Part shown: piece by piece, positions 13,501 to 22,169 of the stretch
Layout of the letters: every line of letters starts with the position of its first letter
Numbering within the stretch: the first letter of the stretch is position 1
Source of the DNA: Bigelowiella natans CCMP2755
Lineage: Eukaryota > Protista > Cercozoa
Assembly (NCBI GenBank): GCA_000320545.1
Contig: ADNK01002941.1
Span: forward strand, 1-33,419
DNA length: 33,419 nucleotides
Reading direction: 5' to 3'
The notes under the pieces: model-generated
The model's database searches: none
The model's input: only the letters and a program-made list of their open reading frames with translations
What the model was told of the DNA's origin: nothing
Program-made: the position numbers and the translations under genes

Positions 13501-14918
13501 AGTAAGGGATTTATGAGTATAAGTCTAAGAGGTACCAGCTAAACAACAAATATTAAGGCACATGTTTACTTGCCTTTTGGTTGATAGATTAGGGCTTTTC
13601 GGCTTTGTCAGAGTCTGGTGTGACTAAAATTATTATGATTTTCAATGGCGTGCAAAATCGCTGAGGTGAATGATTTAGGAGTCACAAAGATGATTTGTAC
13701 TGTTCCTTATCGTAGTCGTACTTGAGATAGCACAGATTGGTGACATTTTCATTCATGCACACTAATCCTCTCATCCCCACCTTACGATATGATGATAATG
13801 TGGACTTTGCAACCACCGTTGAGCGCCGATGAGAATTACGGTTTGGCAGTCTTCCACGCGAAGATCCACCAACAATATTCTTCTTACGATTAGAAGGCTT
13901 GCGAGCAGATTTCGCAACACCAGCTCCACGTCTGCTGAACAAGGGTTTCCTCGATTTGGGCGCTTTTGGAGTTTTTGAAAGCAGTCCTGAAGAAGGGAAG
14001 AATAAATGATACTATGACGAAATCCAACAATACTCTCTATAATGATAATAGCCCAAGCACATTCCAAACAGGTTACGCACTTTGTTTGCTGTGTGTCGAA
14101 CGTGTCTTCTTCCCAACAGCAGCACTTTTGTTGATAACCGTCGCTTTCCTGTTCGAGAATGACTTCGATTTCACTACCGATTTTGATGCATCTTTATTAT
14201 GTGGTACGATTGCCGATGTTTGTTCATTTTCCATTCCTTTCGCCATTGCGACCATCGGCTTCTTCGAGGAGGGGACAAGGTCTGAAGTAGCCTTCTTCGT
14301 AGATGCAATATCTGAGATCTGAGGAGAACTGTCCAGATGTTTCTTGGAGGAAGATGTCATATCTTTAGATTTACACGCCTCGGACACAGATGTGGCAGCA
14401 GTAACAACTTTAACGAGATCTTGGTCATTTTCGCTAAAGTTGTTTTCCTTGTCATACTTCCTCATCTTATTCTCTTGCCCAATATTCTCCTTGTTTTCTT
14501 TCTCTGTAGCTGTATAATCCTTCTTGTTCTTAATAGAATGGCCAAAGGTTTCCAAGCTCATTCTTGCAACCTGCCCCTCTAGGCCCAAATCTTCAAACTC
14601 TGACATTCCGCCTTTCTTTGCTAAAAATTTAAAACAAATTAACATCTTGCAACCGGGCGTTCAAATTTTCATGAACCAAGATCTATCAGATATTTATCAA
14701 TCAGGAGAAATATGACATCTACCCCAATATTTATCGAGATCCACAGCATCTCCGTTTGGATCCTCTTTGGTGAGATCACACCATTCATTTGGGCAATCGA
14801 TGCTCTCATAGTAGGGGTCAACTGAGCAAAAGATGTTAGAATAGTTTTATGTCCCATCAACATAATCTCCGACAAACTGAAAGCAGTGGATCATTTTATT
14901 ACCGCCTTCGGTCGCCAT
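10541..14918 (-). CDS. TPX2: TPX2-family microtubule/spindle assembly protein (multi-exon host gene)
   Basis: Spliced N-terminus MATEG|VDPYYESIDCPNEWCDL...DLDKYW. Repeated TPX2-type motifs KPLTEPEEFSF, FKARPLDPK, FKARPFNPK, PLTEPKSPDLKT, TVPTEFNLHTEKR, TEPEPFNL. Last exon ...CVHKAHPIKK...KPLTQPKAPSLKTASRVKE, stop at 10541-10543. Confidence 0.85.
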
Positions 14919-15279
14919 GGTTCGTGAGGGTTTGTCCTCTCAAACTGTTGTTGATGGGGGCTCCTAATTTTCAACTTTGGATAGGCAACGAATATGCAAT
15001 GTTCAGACCTTTATTTCTGCAATTATCCAGTCTTTAAAGGGAAAATATTAATTAATTTTGTCAATTGTCTTTGTCTCAGATGGAAAACCACACTCAATAC
15101 AATCAGTTGAGAGAAAAGTCGCTGACCACATACATCGTTTTGTACAAGCCCACAATCTCCTAAATGAAGGTCATTTTAGCTAAGAATAGCAGTTAGAAAG
15201 CTAAAATATCCAACTTTTTGTAATTGGTTTCCAACGGATAGTGCCGCATTATTAAAAAAAATGCAAGTGAAGAAATCCT

Positions 15280-16326
15280 CCTGCGTTCAACACATGAGCC
15301 TTGCCGATCCACACCGGATTGCCCTTTTTTGCAAAGGTGATCATGTGAATCATGACATTCATTTCTTCACCATTGCATTTCTTCACCGTGCAGTTCTCTT
15401 TTCAATCCCGTCTCTCTTTGAAGTTAGTTCGAGGCACTGCGTTTCGCACACTGCAAGTGTTGGAGATGCAGTTTTTCATCATTGTTCATTGTTGAGTGTC
15501 TTGCAACATTTTGGAAATGCAGTTTGTCATCATTGTCCAATGCTTCTCTTTTTTTCTTTCGCTTGCGGTTCCGTTTCCTCTGGCTAGTTTGAGCAATTGC
15601 AGTTCGAGGCACAGCGGCTCGCACTTTGCAAGTGTCTTGCCACGTTTTGGAAACAGCTCTTCATCACGTTTGTTTGTTTGTTTGTTCCCGCTTGATTGAG
15701 TGACCCTCGCTGTGTTCAGTTTCAGCTTCAGGCACTGCGTTTCGCACACTGCAAACGTCTTGCAACACTTTGGAAGTGTGCTTGATCGTCACGTTCACTT
15801 TTTTCTTTCCTCGAGTTGCATCGCTCTGTGCGCTCTGATGTGGGAATGGGAGGGGGGGGTTCGCTTTTCTCCCCATCCCTGAACCACACGTTCACCGGCA
15901 GGGTGGACAGGTGTCTCCCCCCGGCCACCGGTGACTCAGTCAATCCACAAAGGACACTTGGATCAGTCGTGAAAGACTCTTCCCGGGTGAAGACGTTGCT
16001 CACTAGCTCAAATTGAACAAACTCGAATTGATTCACCCAAAGAGTTTTTGCACCTGACAAACTTGGACGGCAAAGAGGCCAGACTGTCTAGCTGTGCATG
16101 TGTGGCCAGGTGGGTCACGCCACCCTGACGTGGCACTCGGGTTCTCGGGTTGCTCCGTTTGTGTTTCCCCTCCTGTTTATGCTCGTTGATGGCTGAGTTT
16201 TGCTCCGTGGTCAAGTTGGTCATGTTGGTTGGCGTTTGGTTTTGGGTCGTTCTTTCGCCTTTATTGAGTGTTGCTTTCCCAATCGCACGTGCCAGCGGCC
16301 TTGCAGGTCAAGTGGTGTGTGATGTG
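15280..16326. mobile_element. Decayed repeat/TE-like relic with internal repeats and extreme TpA depletion
   Basis: Internal direct repeats AGGCACTGCGTTTCGCACACTGCAA (about 15432 and 15730, degenerate at 15607) and GTCTTGCAACA.TTTGGAA. Fragmentary ORFs lack tyrosine. Family not recognisable. Confidence 0.45.
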
Positions 16327-16328
16327 TA

Positions 16329-16430
16329 AGTAATAATAATAATAATTATTATAACCGCCAATGGCGGTATCTGCGATGTGGGCAGAGCCCACCTGCTCGC
16401 AAAGCGATGCGACAGCTTCATTATGCTGTA
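16329..16430. other. Putative left terminus: AG(TAA)n followed by a cluster of short hairpins
   Basis: AGTAATAATAATAATAATTATTA, then ACCGCC-AAT-GGCGGT, GTGGGC-AGA-GCCCAC, TCGC-AAA-GCGA and ACAGC-N8-GCTGT. Confidence 0.65.
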
Positions 16431-16786
16431 TCATATTACCTTATTATACTTATGTTTCCAAGGGGTGTTTTTCAGGGGAGGGGGTATATATATATAAGTT
16501 ATATATATATAATATATATATATATATATGTATATATTATAAAAAGTTTGGTTTTTAAAATGCCTTTTATACCCCTGGTATATATGTATATATGTATATA
16601 TATACATCATATATATGTGTATACATACATATATATTATAATTTAAATTTTTTTAGTTTTTAAAATGCCCCATAAGCCCTCATTAGTTATAAAATGAATG
16701 AGGTTAGAAAAAAACACTAATTAAAGTGGGGGTCTGAAAAAAAATGAAGAAGCATACGATGTCATTATATGCGATGTGCTGTGCCG

Positions 16787-16883
16787 TGCGAAGCGATATG
16801 CCGTGCTATGTATGTATGTATGTTGCGAAGCGATATGCCGTGCTATGTATGCTATGAATGTTGCGAAGCGATATGCCGTGCTA
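16787..16883 (+). repeat. Subterminal direct repeats: 22-bp core x3, period 37-38 bp
   Basis: TGCGAAGCGATATGCCGTGCTA at about 16787, 16824 and 16862, separated by TATG-rich linkers. Confidence 0.9.
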
Positions 16884-17035
16884 ATACACTGCTATTACGA
16901 AGCAATGTGCTAATAGATATGCGACTGCTACAACATACATACTTAACAATGTGAGCTATTAGCAAAAGGATTCCAGTTTTACAAAACATCCAACTATGAT
17001 TTCTATTTAAAGAATTGTCTCACTATAAGATTAAT

Positions 17036-17233
17036 ATGAGTAATATTAATCAAGTAAATAAAAGTAGCACAGCAGATAAAATCTATGATGTTGACTATAA
17101 ACTTAGTGAAATCGTCCTCGTAATAGATGAACTAAAAGCCGAACTGAATCCTGAATTCTATCGCAAACTAAGAGATAAACTGATGGAAGTCCACATTTGT
17201 CTAATGAGCGAAGTTGTAGATGGCTATAAATAA
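17036..17233 (+). CDS. Small hypothetical viral protein (65 aa)
   Basis: ATG at 17036 in an AT-rich context with TCTC 14 nt upstream. Helical-looking sequence. Confidence 0.6.
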   Translation: MSNINQVNKSSTADKIYDVDYKLSEIVLVIDELKAELNPEFYRKLRDKLMEVHICLMSEVVDGYK

Positions 17234-17277
17234 CTGTATTTTCTCCAGACAGAACCCGATGTATGTGCGGAAGCAGT

Positions 17278-18783
17278 CTACATAGCGATGCGAATATACT
17301 CCCCAGATTTGTAAGGAACATCTTTATCGTTAGCTCCACCAACAGCAAACAGTTTGCCATCCCCAATAGCCACTTTTAAACCCCACCTTATGCTCCTCAT
17401 ATCAGGGATTTTCGTCCACCCCGCTTTCATATCATTCAAATCCAGATACTCCCCATTTCCAAGAGTATTACTACCATCCCACCCACCAACAGCAAACAGT
17501 TTGCCATCCCCAACGGCCACACCCAAATGCCTCCTCTTAGCATTCATATCAGGGATTTTCGTCCACCCCGCTTTCATATTCTTCAAGTCCAGATACTCCC
17601 CATTTCTAAGAGTATTCCAATCATCATCCTCTCCACCAACAGCAAACAGTTTGCCATCCCCAACAGCCACACCCAAATATCGCCTCTCAGTATTCATCTC
17701 AGGGATTTTCGTCCACCCCGCTTTCATATCATCCAAATCCAGATACTCCCCATTTCTAAGAGTATTACTACCATCCCACCCACCAACAGCAAACAGTTTG
17801 CCATCCCCAACGGCCACACCCAAATTACTCCTCTCAGTATTCATATCAGGGATTTTCTTCCACCCCGCATCCATATTATTCAAATCCAGATACTCCCCAT
17901 TTTTAAGACGATTACTACCATCATTCCCACCAACAGCAAACAGTTTGCCATCCCCAACAGCCACACCCACACCTCTCCTCTTAGTATTCATATCAGGGAT
18001 TTTCGTCCACCCCTTCTTCCACCCCGCATCCACATCCTTCAAGTCCAGATACTCCCCAGATGCGAGATAACCACCACCATACCCACCAACAGCAAACAGT
18101 TTGCCATTCCCAACGGCCACACCCAAAGCATACCTCTCAGTATTCATATCAGGGAGTTTCGTCCACCCCTTCATCTCAGATAATTTTTGTTTCAGCTCTG
18201 CTTCCCTCTTTCTTTTTCCTGCCTCTTCTTTCAGCATTCTCTTTATTTCTTCAAACTCTCTTACAAATCTCGCTTCATTCGCTTTGAGTCTCGCTTCATT
18301 CGCTTCAACTCGCACCTCTACCTTGCTGACCTTGATGAGAATGGTCGCCATCATCGCCTGTAACGAGCTCATCCCACCACTGTTGGTTCTTATCTCCTCG
18401 TCACCTTCCCCCTCGTTTCCTGTCATTCCACCAGCGGCCGCTATAGCCATTCCCAAGGCTTCCTCTAGCCTGACCCTTTCCAGTTGCAGTTCCTTCTTCT
18501 TTTCCTCCAGAGAATCGATCAGTTGGTGTGCCTTAGCATAGGCAATACCAGGCTTAGCTTTGATTTCCGATGGAGCACAGGAGAGAAACTGCTTCAGATT
18601 TTTTTCAACTTCTTCCTCGGTGGCACTGAAAGCCCCCATCATCAGCTTCTTGTATTGCTCCGCTGCCTTCGCTTTCCTTCCCTCCTGTGTGTGGAGATCT
18701 TCCAAAATTCTTTCCTGTTCTCCTCTGCATTTTGCGATCTTTGCCTTGATCTCTGCAGGGCTGGATGGTGAGGAGCTGGTCAT
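17278..18783 (-). CDS. Coiled-coil plus six Kelch repeats (beta-propeller); possibly exon 2 of an integrase fusion
   Basis: Six ~49-aa repeats GWxKIPDMNxxRxxLGVAVGDGKLFAVGG...GEYLDL with the Kelch GG/Y/W signature. N-terminal E/K/A-rich coiled coils. First ATG at 18783. Confidence 0.92.
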   Translation of the reverse strand: MTSSSPSSPAEIKAKIAKCRGEQERILEDLHTQEGRKAKAAEQYKKLMMGAFSATEEEVEKNLKQFLSCAPSEIKAKPGIAYAKAHQLIDSLEEKKKELQLERVRLEEALGMAIAAAGGMTGNEGEGDEEIRTNSGGMSSLQAMMATILIKVSKVEVRVEANEARLKANEARFVREFEEIKRMLKEEAGKRKREAELKQKLSEMKGWTKLPDMNTERYALGVAVGNGKLFAVGGYGGGYLASGEYLDLKDVDAGWKKGWTKIPDMNTKRRGVGVAVGDGKLFAVGGNDGSNRLKNGEYLDLNNMDAGWKKIPDMNTERSNLGVAVGDGKLFAVGGWDGSNTLRNGEYLDLDDMKAGWTKIPEMNTERRYLGVAVGDGKLFAVGGEDDDWNTLRNGEYLDLKNMKAGWTKIPDMNAKRRHLGVAVGDGKLFAVGGWDGSNTLGNGEYLDLNDMKAGWTKIPDMRSIRWGLKVAIGDGKLFAVGGANDKDVPYKSGEYIRIAM

Positions 18784-18849
18784 CTGGATCAAATGATCTT
18801 TGCGAGGATGGGTGTTCAGTTATTAAAAATTTCCACTCTCTCAACTCAC
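18784..18849 (-). other. Putative 66-nt spliceosomal intron joining integrase to the Kelch ORF
   Basis: Minus strand reads GGA TTT TTT|GTGAGT TGA ... TTTGATCCAG|ATG ACC. Consensus donor, CAG acceptor, phase 0 on both sides. Confidence 0.6.
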
Positions 18850-19923
18850 AAAAAATCCCCTATCAACTTGCTTTCTTTTTCGCTTACTTGTCCGTATTTC
18901 AACAGGTTTATCGGTCCACTTCTCCCTTGGTTTCGGTGTTTTTTTCTCAATTGCTTTTTTGACTATTTCGTTTTCAGCAGGTTTCAGTTGATTCTTGCTG
19001 AAAGTTTTGTCTAAAACACCTTCCAAAATATATCTTACTGGTCGGTCAGGTAATAATAATATGTTTTCAATTTTGTGCGGTTTCAACGAATATCTTATGT
19101 CGCCCTCCCTGAAATTGCCTATTTGTTTCTCTCCTTTAAAATTCACAGGATAATCCAATTTGTATCTCACCTTCCTACCGACCTCGTACAAATCACAATC
19201 GCCTCCCTCCTTACAAGGAACTTTTCCTGTCTGCTTTAACTTCTTCACCTTAGCATTCTCGTTCAACTTCTTCAATATGTCAGGTAATAACTTTAACCAC
19301 TGCTTACTTACTTTATCGTTCTCTAATTCTTTCACCAACTGAGTTTTAATAATAATACTGCCGATACTCTTATTTCGTGCTTCCACATTTGCTTGTTGAC
19401 TATGTCTCGCAATACCCGCCCTTCTTAAATATATCCCTTTCTCTTTCAAATACCCATCCAATCCTTTTTTAAACTCACTACCAGCATCTACCTGAAGAAT
19501 TTTCGGCGGTTTTAATACCTTGTTCTCGTAATATATCTTGTCTATCGCTTTTCTCACCGCTTCAGCAGTTCTGTATCGTAGAGGTATAGCATCAGTTTGT
19601 TTAGTATGATTATCTACTGCTACTAATAAATATCTAAACCCTCTATCATTAGGTAGATAGAGCAAGTCCATCTGTCCTCGCTTACCTGAATACCCATAGG
19701 CATCGTTGTGGGTTGCTTTTACTTCAGGGTCTTGCTTTTTCTCCCTGGTCAGTTCATCTACTAAATCCTTACTCTTCTTGCCGATTAAACTTCCCAGTAT
19801 GGTTGGTTTCTTCTTTCGTTTGACTATCTTTTTCACTATTTTCTTTTTAGGCATTTCAGTTTCAGTATCAGTATCATCATCATCACTACTGCTTTCACTA
19901 CTATAAGGTTCTTTCTCGTCCAT
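18841..19923 (-). CDS. Retroviral-type (rve, DDE) integrase of the Polinton/virophage type
   Basis: QMDLLYLP..RYLLVAVDNHTK, ILQVDAGSEF and HSQQANVEARNKSI give the D-D-E triad. Acidic/basic N-terminus. No chromodomain recognisable at the C-terminus. Confidence 0.93.
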   Translation of the reverse strand: MDEKEPYSSESSSDDDDTDTETEMPKKKIVKKIVKRKKKPTILGSLIGKKSKDLVDELTREKKQDPEVKATHNDAYGYSGKRGQMDLLYLPNDRGFRYLLVAVDNHTKQTDAIPLRYRTAEAVRKAIDKIYYENKVLKPPKILQVDAGSEFKKGLDGYLKEKGIYLRRAGIARHSQQANVEARNKSIGSIIIKTQLVKELENDKVSKQWLKLLPDILKKLNENAKVKKLKQTGKVPCKEGGDCDLYEVGRKVRYKLDYPVNFKGEKQIGNFREGDIRYSLKPHKIENILLLPDRPVRYILEGVLDKTFSKNQLKPAENEIVKKAIEKKTPKPREKWTDKPVEIRTSKRKRKQVDRGFFVS

Positions 19924-19965
19924 ATATACATAATGTGAGATATAAAATATATGTAGTTTATTTTA

Positions 19966-20151
19966 ATGGATAAAGAAATAGAACGAATACTCATACACAA
20001 GGGATTAACCAAAGGAATAATAAGTATGATAGATGAATACCTATATCAAAGTTATTTAGTGTGTTTAACTCACAATTTCCGCAGACTTAACAATAGTCCT
20101 AAACTTAAGTTCATCAACAAATTAAATTTTAAAAAAAAATATGTAAATTAA
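19966..20151 (+). CDS. Small hypothetical viral protein (61 aa)
   Basis: ORF track. AT-rich start context, divergent from the integrase. Confidence 0.55.
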   Translation: MDKEIERILIHKGLTKGIISMIDEYLYQSYLVCLTHNFRRLNNSPKLKFINKLNFKKKYVN

Positions 20152-20163
20152 TAATATAGAAAT

Positions 20164-20340
20164 ATGATAAAGTTAATATATGATTTAATCGTAAATTTGC
20201 TACCAGACAATTTTACAACATACAGAAATGATGATGCTGTTGTGGTTTATGACAGGTCAGTGTGGAAGATGGAAAGCAGGGACGATGCTATCTTATTGAT
20301 TAAGAAGAATATATGTAATATGTCAATAATAAATTGTTAA
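20164..20340 (+). CDS. Small hypothetical viral protein (58 aa; below the ORF-track cut-off)
   Basis: MIKLIYDLIVNLLPDNFTTYRNDDAVVVYDRSVWKMESRDDAILLIKKNICNMSIINC, read by hand. Packs tightly behind the previous ORF. Confidence 0.5.
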   Translation: MIKLIYDLIVNLLPDNFTTYRNDDAVVVYDRSVWKMESRDDAILLIKKNICNMSIINC

Positions 20341-20440
20341 TATATATTTATTCCAAATTTCATTTTCAACACATTCAACCCTCTCCAAGGTGTTGAAACA
20401 CAATATTAAATTAAATATAAAAATATATAGTATAATATAT

Positions 20441-21400
20441 ATGAATAGTATACTCAAAGATGTTGATAGAACTTCTCTCTTTCCAATCAGGCACAAAGAT
20501 ATATGGAATGCCTACAAGATACAACAAGCAGGATACTGGACTGCTGAAGAAATAGATTTCAGTAATGATGCTGATGACTTCTCCAAATTAAGTCAGGACG
20601 AACAAAAGTACTTAAAATATACCCTCATCTTCTTTGCGAATAGTGATATTGAAGTGAATGAAATGATAAATAGGAATCTATACGAGGAGTTTAAGGCATT
20701 AGAAATTCGTATGTGCTACGACTTTCAAAGGCAAATGGAAAATATACACACAGAAACATACAATCTACAGATAGATACTTTGATAAAAGATAAAAAAGAG
20801 AAAGAGGATTTGATAAATGCTGTAAAGAATAATCCTATCATAGAACAAAAAATTAACTTCTGTAGGAAACAGGTCTTGTTGTACAACTCCATACAGCATA
20901 AATTGATATGTCAGGTCATCTTTGAAGGCATATTCTTCGCTTCCTCGTTCGCTTGTATTTACTACTTCAAGCAGAAAGGTATATTGAAAGGTCTAACTTT
21001 ATCTAATGAATTTATCAGCAGAGATGAGAACCTACATTATAGTTTCAGTATTATGCTATACAATAAGTTAGAGAAGAGACTATCACAAGCAGAAGTAGCG
21101 GTCTTGTTTGATAAGGCACTATGTATTGAGCGAGACTTCATCACACAAGCATTGCCTGTTAGATTGTTAGGAATGAATGCGGATATGATGTTAGACTACA
21201 TCAAATTCACAATAGACAACATATTACTCAAATTAGGTTATGATACAATCCACAATGTGAGTAATCCTTTGACCTGGATGGAAAGACTGGATTTACAAGG
21301 CAAGACCAATTTCTTTGAGAGTAGAGAAAGCAACTACCAATCTGCTAATGTATTAAACGAGAACAAAGAAGACATCTTTGAAGTAGATTTAAATTTTTAA
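20441..21400 (+). CDS. Ribonucleotide reductase small subunit (class Ia R2/beta)
   Basis: WTAEEIDFSND, FFANSD, ENIHTETY, EGIFFASSF, SRDENLH and NFFE.R.SNYQ. Di-iron ligands and radical Tyr are present. ATG at 20441. Confidence 0.96.
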   Translation: MNSILKDVDRTSLFPIRHKDIWNAYKIQQAGYWTAEEIDFSNDADDFSKLSQDEQKYLKYTLIFFANSDIEVNEMINRNLYEEFKALEIRMCYDFQRQMENIHTETYNLQIDTLIKDKKEKEDLINAVKNNPIIEQKINFCRKQVLLYNSIQHKLICQVIFEGIFFASSFACIYYFKQKGILKGLTLSNEFISRDENLHYSFSIMLYNKLEKRLSQAEVAVLFDKALCIERDFITQALPVRLLGMNADMMLDYIKFTIDNILLKLGYDTIHNVSNPLTWMERLDLQGKTNFFESRESNYQSANVLNENKEDIFEVDLNF

Positions 21401-21415
21401 TCTAAATCATTATAG

Positions 21416-21625
21416 ATGCTACTGGAAATAGTTAGACTATTACAATTACAACTACGATTAACAAGATTAAGAAAAGAGATAAACAAATTGATAAAGCAAA
21501 ACAAGAAACTGATAAAAGAGAACAGCAAATTGTTGATACAATTAAATATTATGAAACAACCCTTTGATGACACTGGTGATTTAACTGATAGTGCTTTTAG
21601 GATGTTGATGGACGACGAAAAATAA
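21416..21625 (+). CDS. Small coiled-coil protein (69 aa)
   Basis: Leu heptads (LRKEINKLIKQNKKLIKENSKL). TCTA 11 nt upstream. Confidence 0.65.
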   Translation: MLLEIVRLLQLQLRLTRLRKEINKLIKQNKKLIKENSKLLIQLNIMKQPFDDTGDLTDSAFRMLMDDEK

Positions 21626-21640
21626 TCTAATCTTTATTAA

Positions 21641-21751
21641 ATGATTGTAGTGTTATTAATATTAGGACTTATCTTTTCCATAGGATATACGATAGGAAAG
21701 ATAGTAGCAAGGAACACGGATTTAGACCCTACCAACGATATTAGAGTATGA
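21641..21751 (+). CDS. Putative 36-aa single-TM peptide
   Basis: MIVVLLILGLIFSIGYTIGKIVARNTDLDPTNDIRV. TCTA 11 nt upstream of the ATG. Confidence 0.45.
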   Translation: MIVVLLILGLIFSIGYTIGKIVARNTDLDPTNDIRV

Positions 21752-22052
21752 TGAGATTAAATTTATCAGCATAGTCCTCTAAACTATCCTTCAAATCAGG
21801 TTTATTCCACAAGACCCAACGAGATAATGAACCAGCAGTCAGGAATTTACTCCAATCTTCATTCTTCATATGCCTTGTCAGGTATCTATCTTTTCTGTTT
21901 ATATCTTTATGTATCGTAAAGTCGCTATACCGACTATCTCCAAAGTCTGTGTGTTTTACTTTCATTATCCTTCCACCCTTATCAACATAAAAGAGCATCC
22001 TATGCTTCTTATTTTTAAGAGGTGATTTCATTAGTTTAATATATATTTTCAT
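21741..22052 (-). CDS. Conserved small viral protein (DUF5754/Tlr6F-like)
   Basis: Motif FGxxxYxDFTxHKDxxRKxRYxxRHxxxExWxxxxxAGxxSRWxLW, which I recognise from NCLDV/virophage/PLV proteins. The family name is from recall. Confidence 0.7.
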   Translation of the reverse strand: MKIYIKLMKSPLKNKKHRMLFYVDKGGRIMKVKHTDFGDSRYSDFTIHKDINRKDRYLTRHMKNEDWSKFLTAGSLSRWVLWNKPDLKDSLEDYADKFNLIIL

Positions 22053-22067
22053 ATTATAATGTTTAAC

Positions 22068-22135
22068 ATAAAATAAATTGTTAAAAAAACAATTTATTTT
22101 ATATTAAGAGGAAAAATAAATTTCTATTTATTTTT
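22068..22135 (-). terminator. Two AT-rich hairpins downstream of the MCP stop
   Basis: ATAAAATAAATTGTT-N5-AACAATTTATTTTAT (15-bp perfect stem, 22068-22102) and AAAAATAAAT-TTCT-ATTTATTTTT (22112-22135). Confidence 0.6.
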
Positions 22136-22169
22136 TCTTGTTCTTAACAAAAATATTATAATATAAAAT

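Noticed and set aside
15424-16223. Overlapping ORFs in several frames as real genes, or TGA stops as CpG decay
   Set aside because: Loss of TpA removes TAA/TAG stops and inflates ORFs in all frames. CpG is still abundant, so CpG deamination does not explain the pattern.
16787-16883. Mini-CRISPR (22-bp repeats with linkers)
   Set aside because: Linkers are 15-16 nt of low-complexity TATG sequence similar to each other, not unique spacers.
17354-18541. Long + strand ORFs of 146-238 aa
   Set aside because: Antisense shadows of the repetitive Kelch gene.
17278-19923. True RAG1/RAG2 (ProtoRAG) homology
   Set aside because: The integrase is rve-type, not Transib/RAG1-like. The Kelch repeats are canonical and near-identical, with no PHD finger. 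Analogy only.
20390-20440. RNR-R2 start at 20390 as given by the ORF track
   Set aside because: It is a non-ATG start in AT-rich intergenic DNA. The ATG at 20441 has the TATAT-ATG context used by other viral genes.
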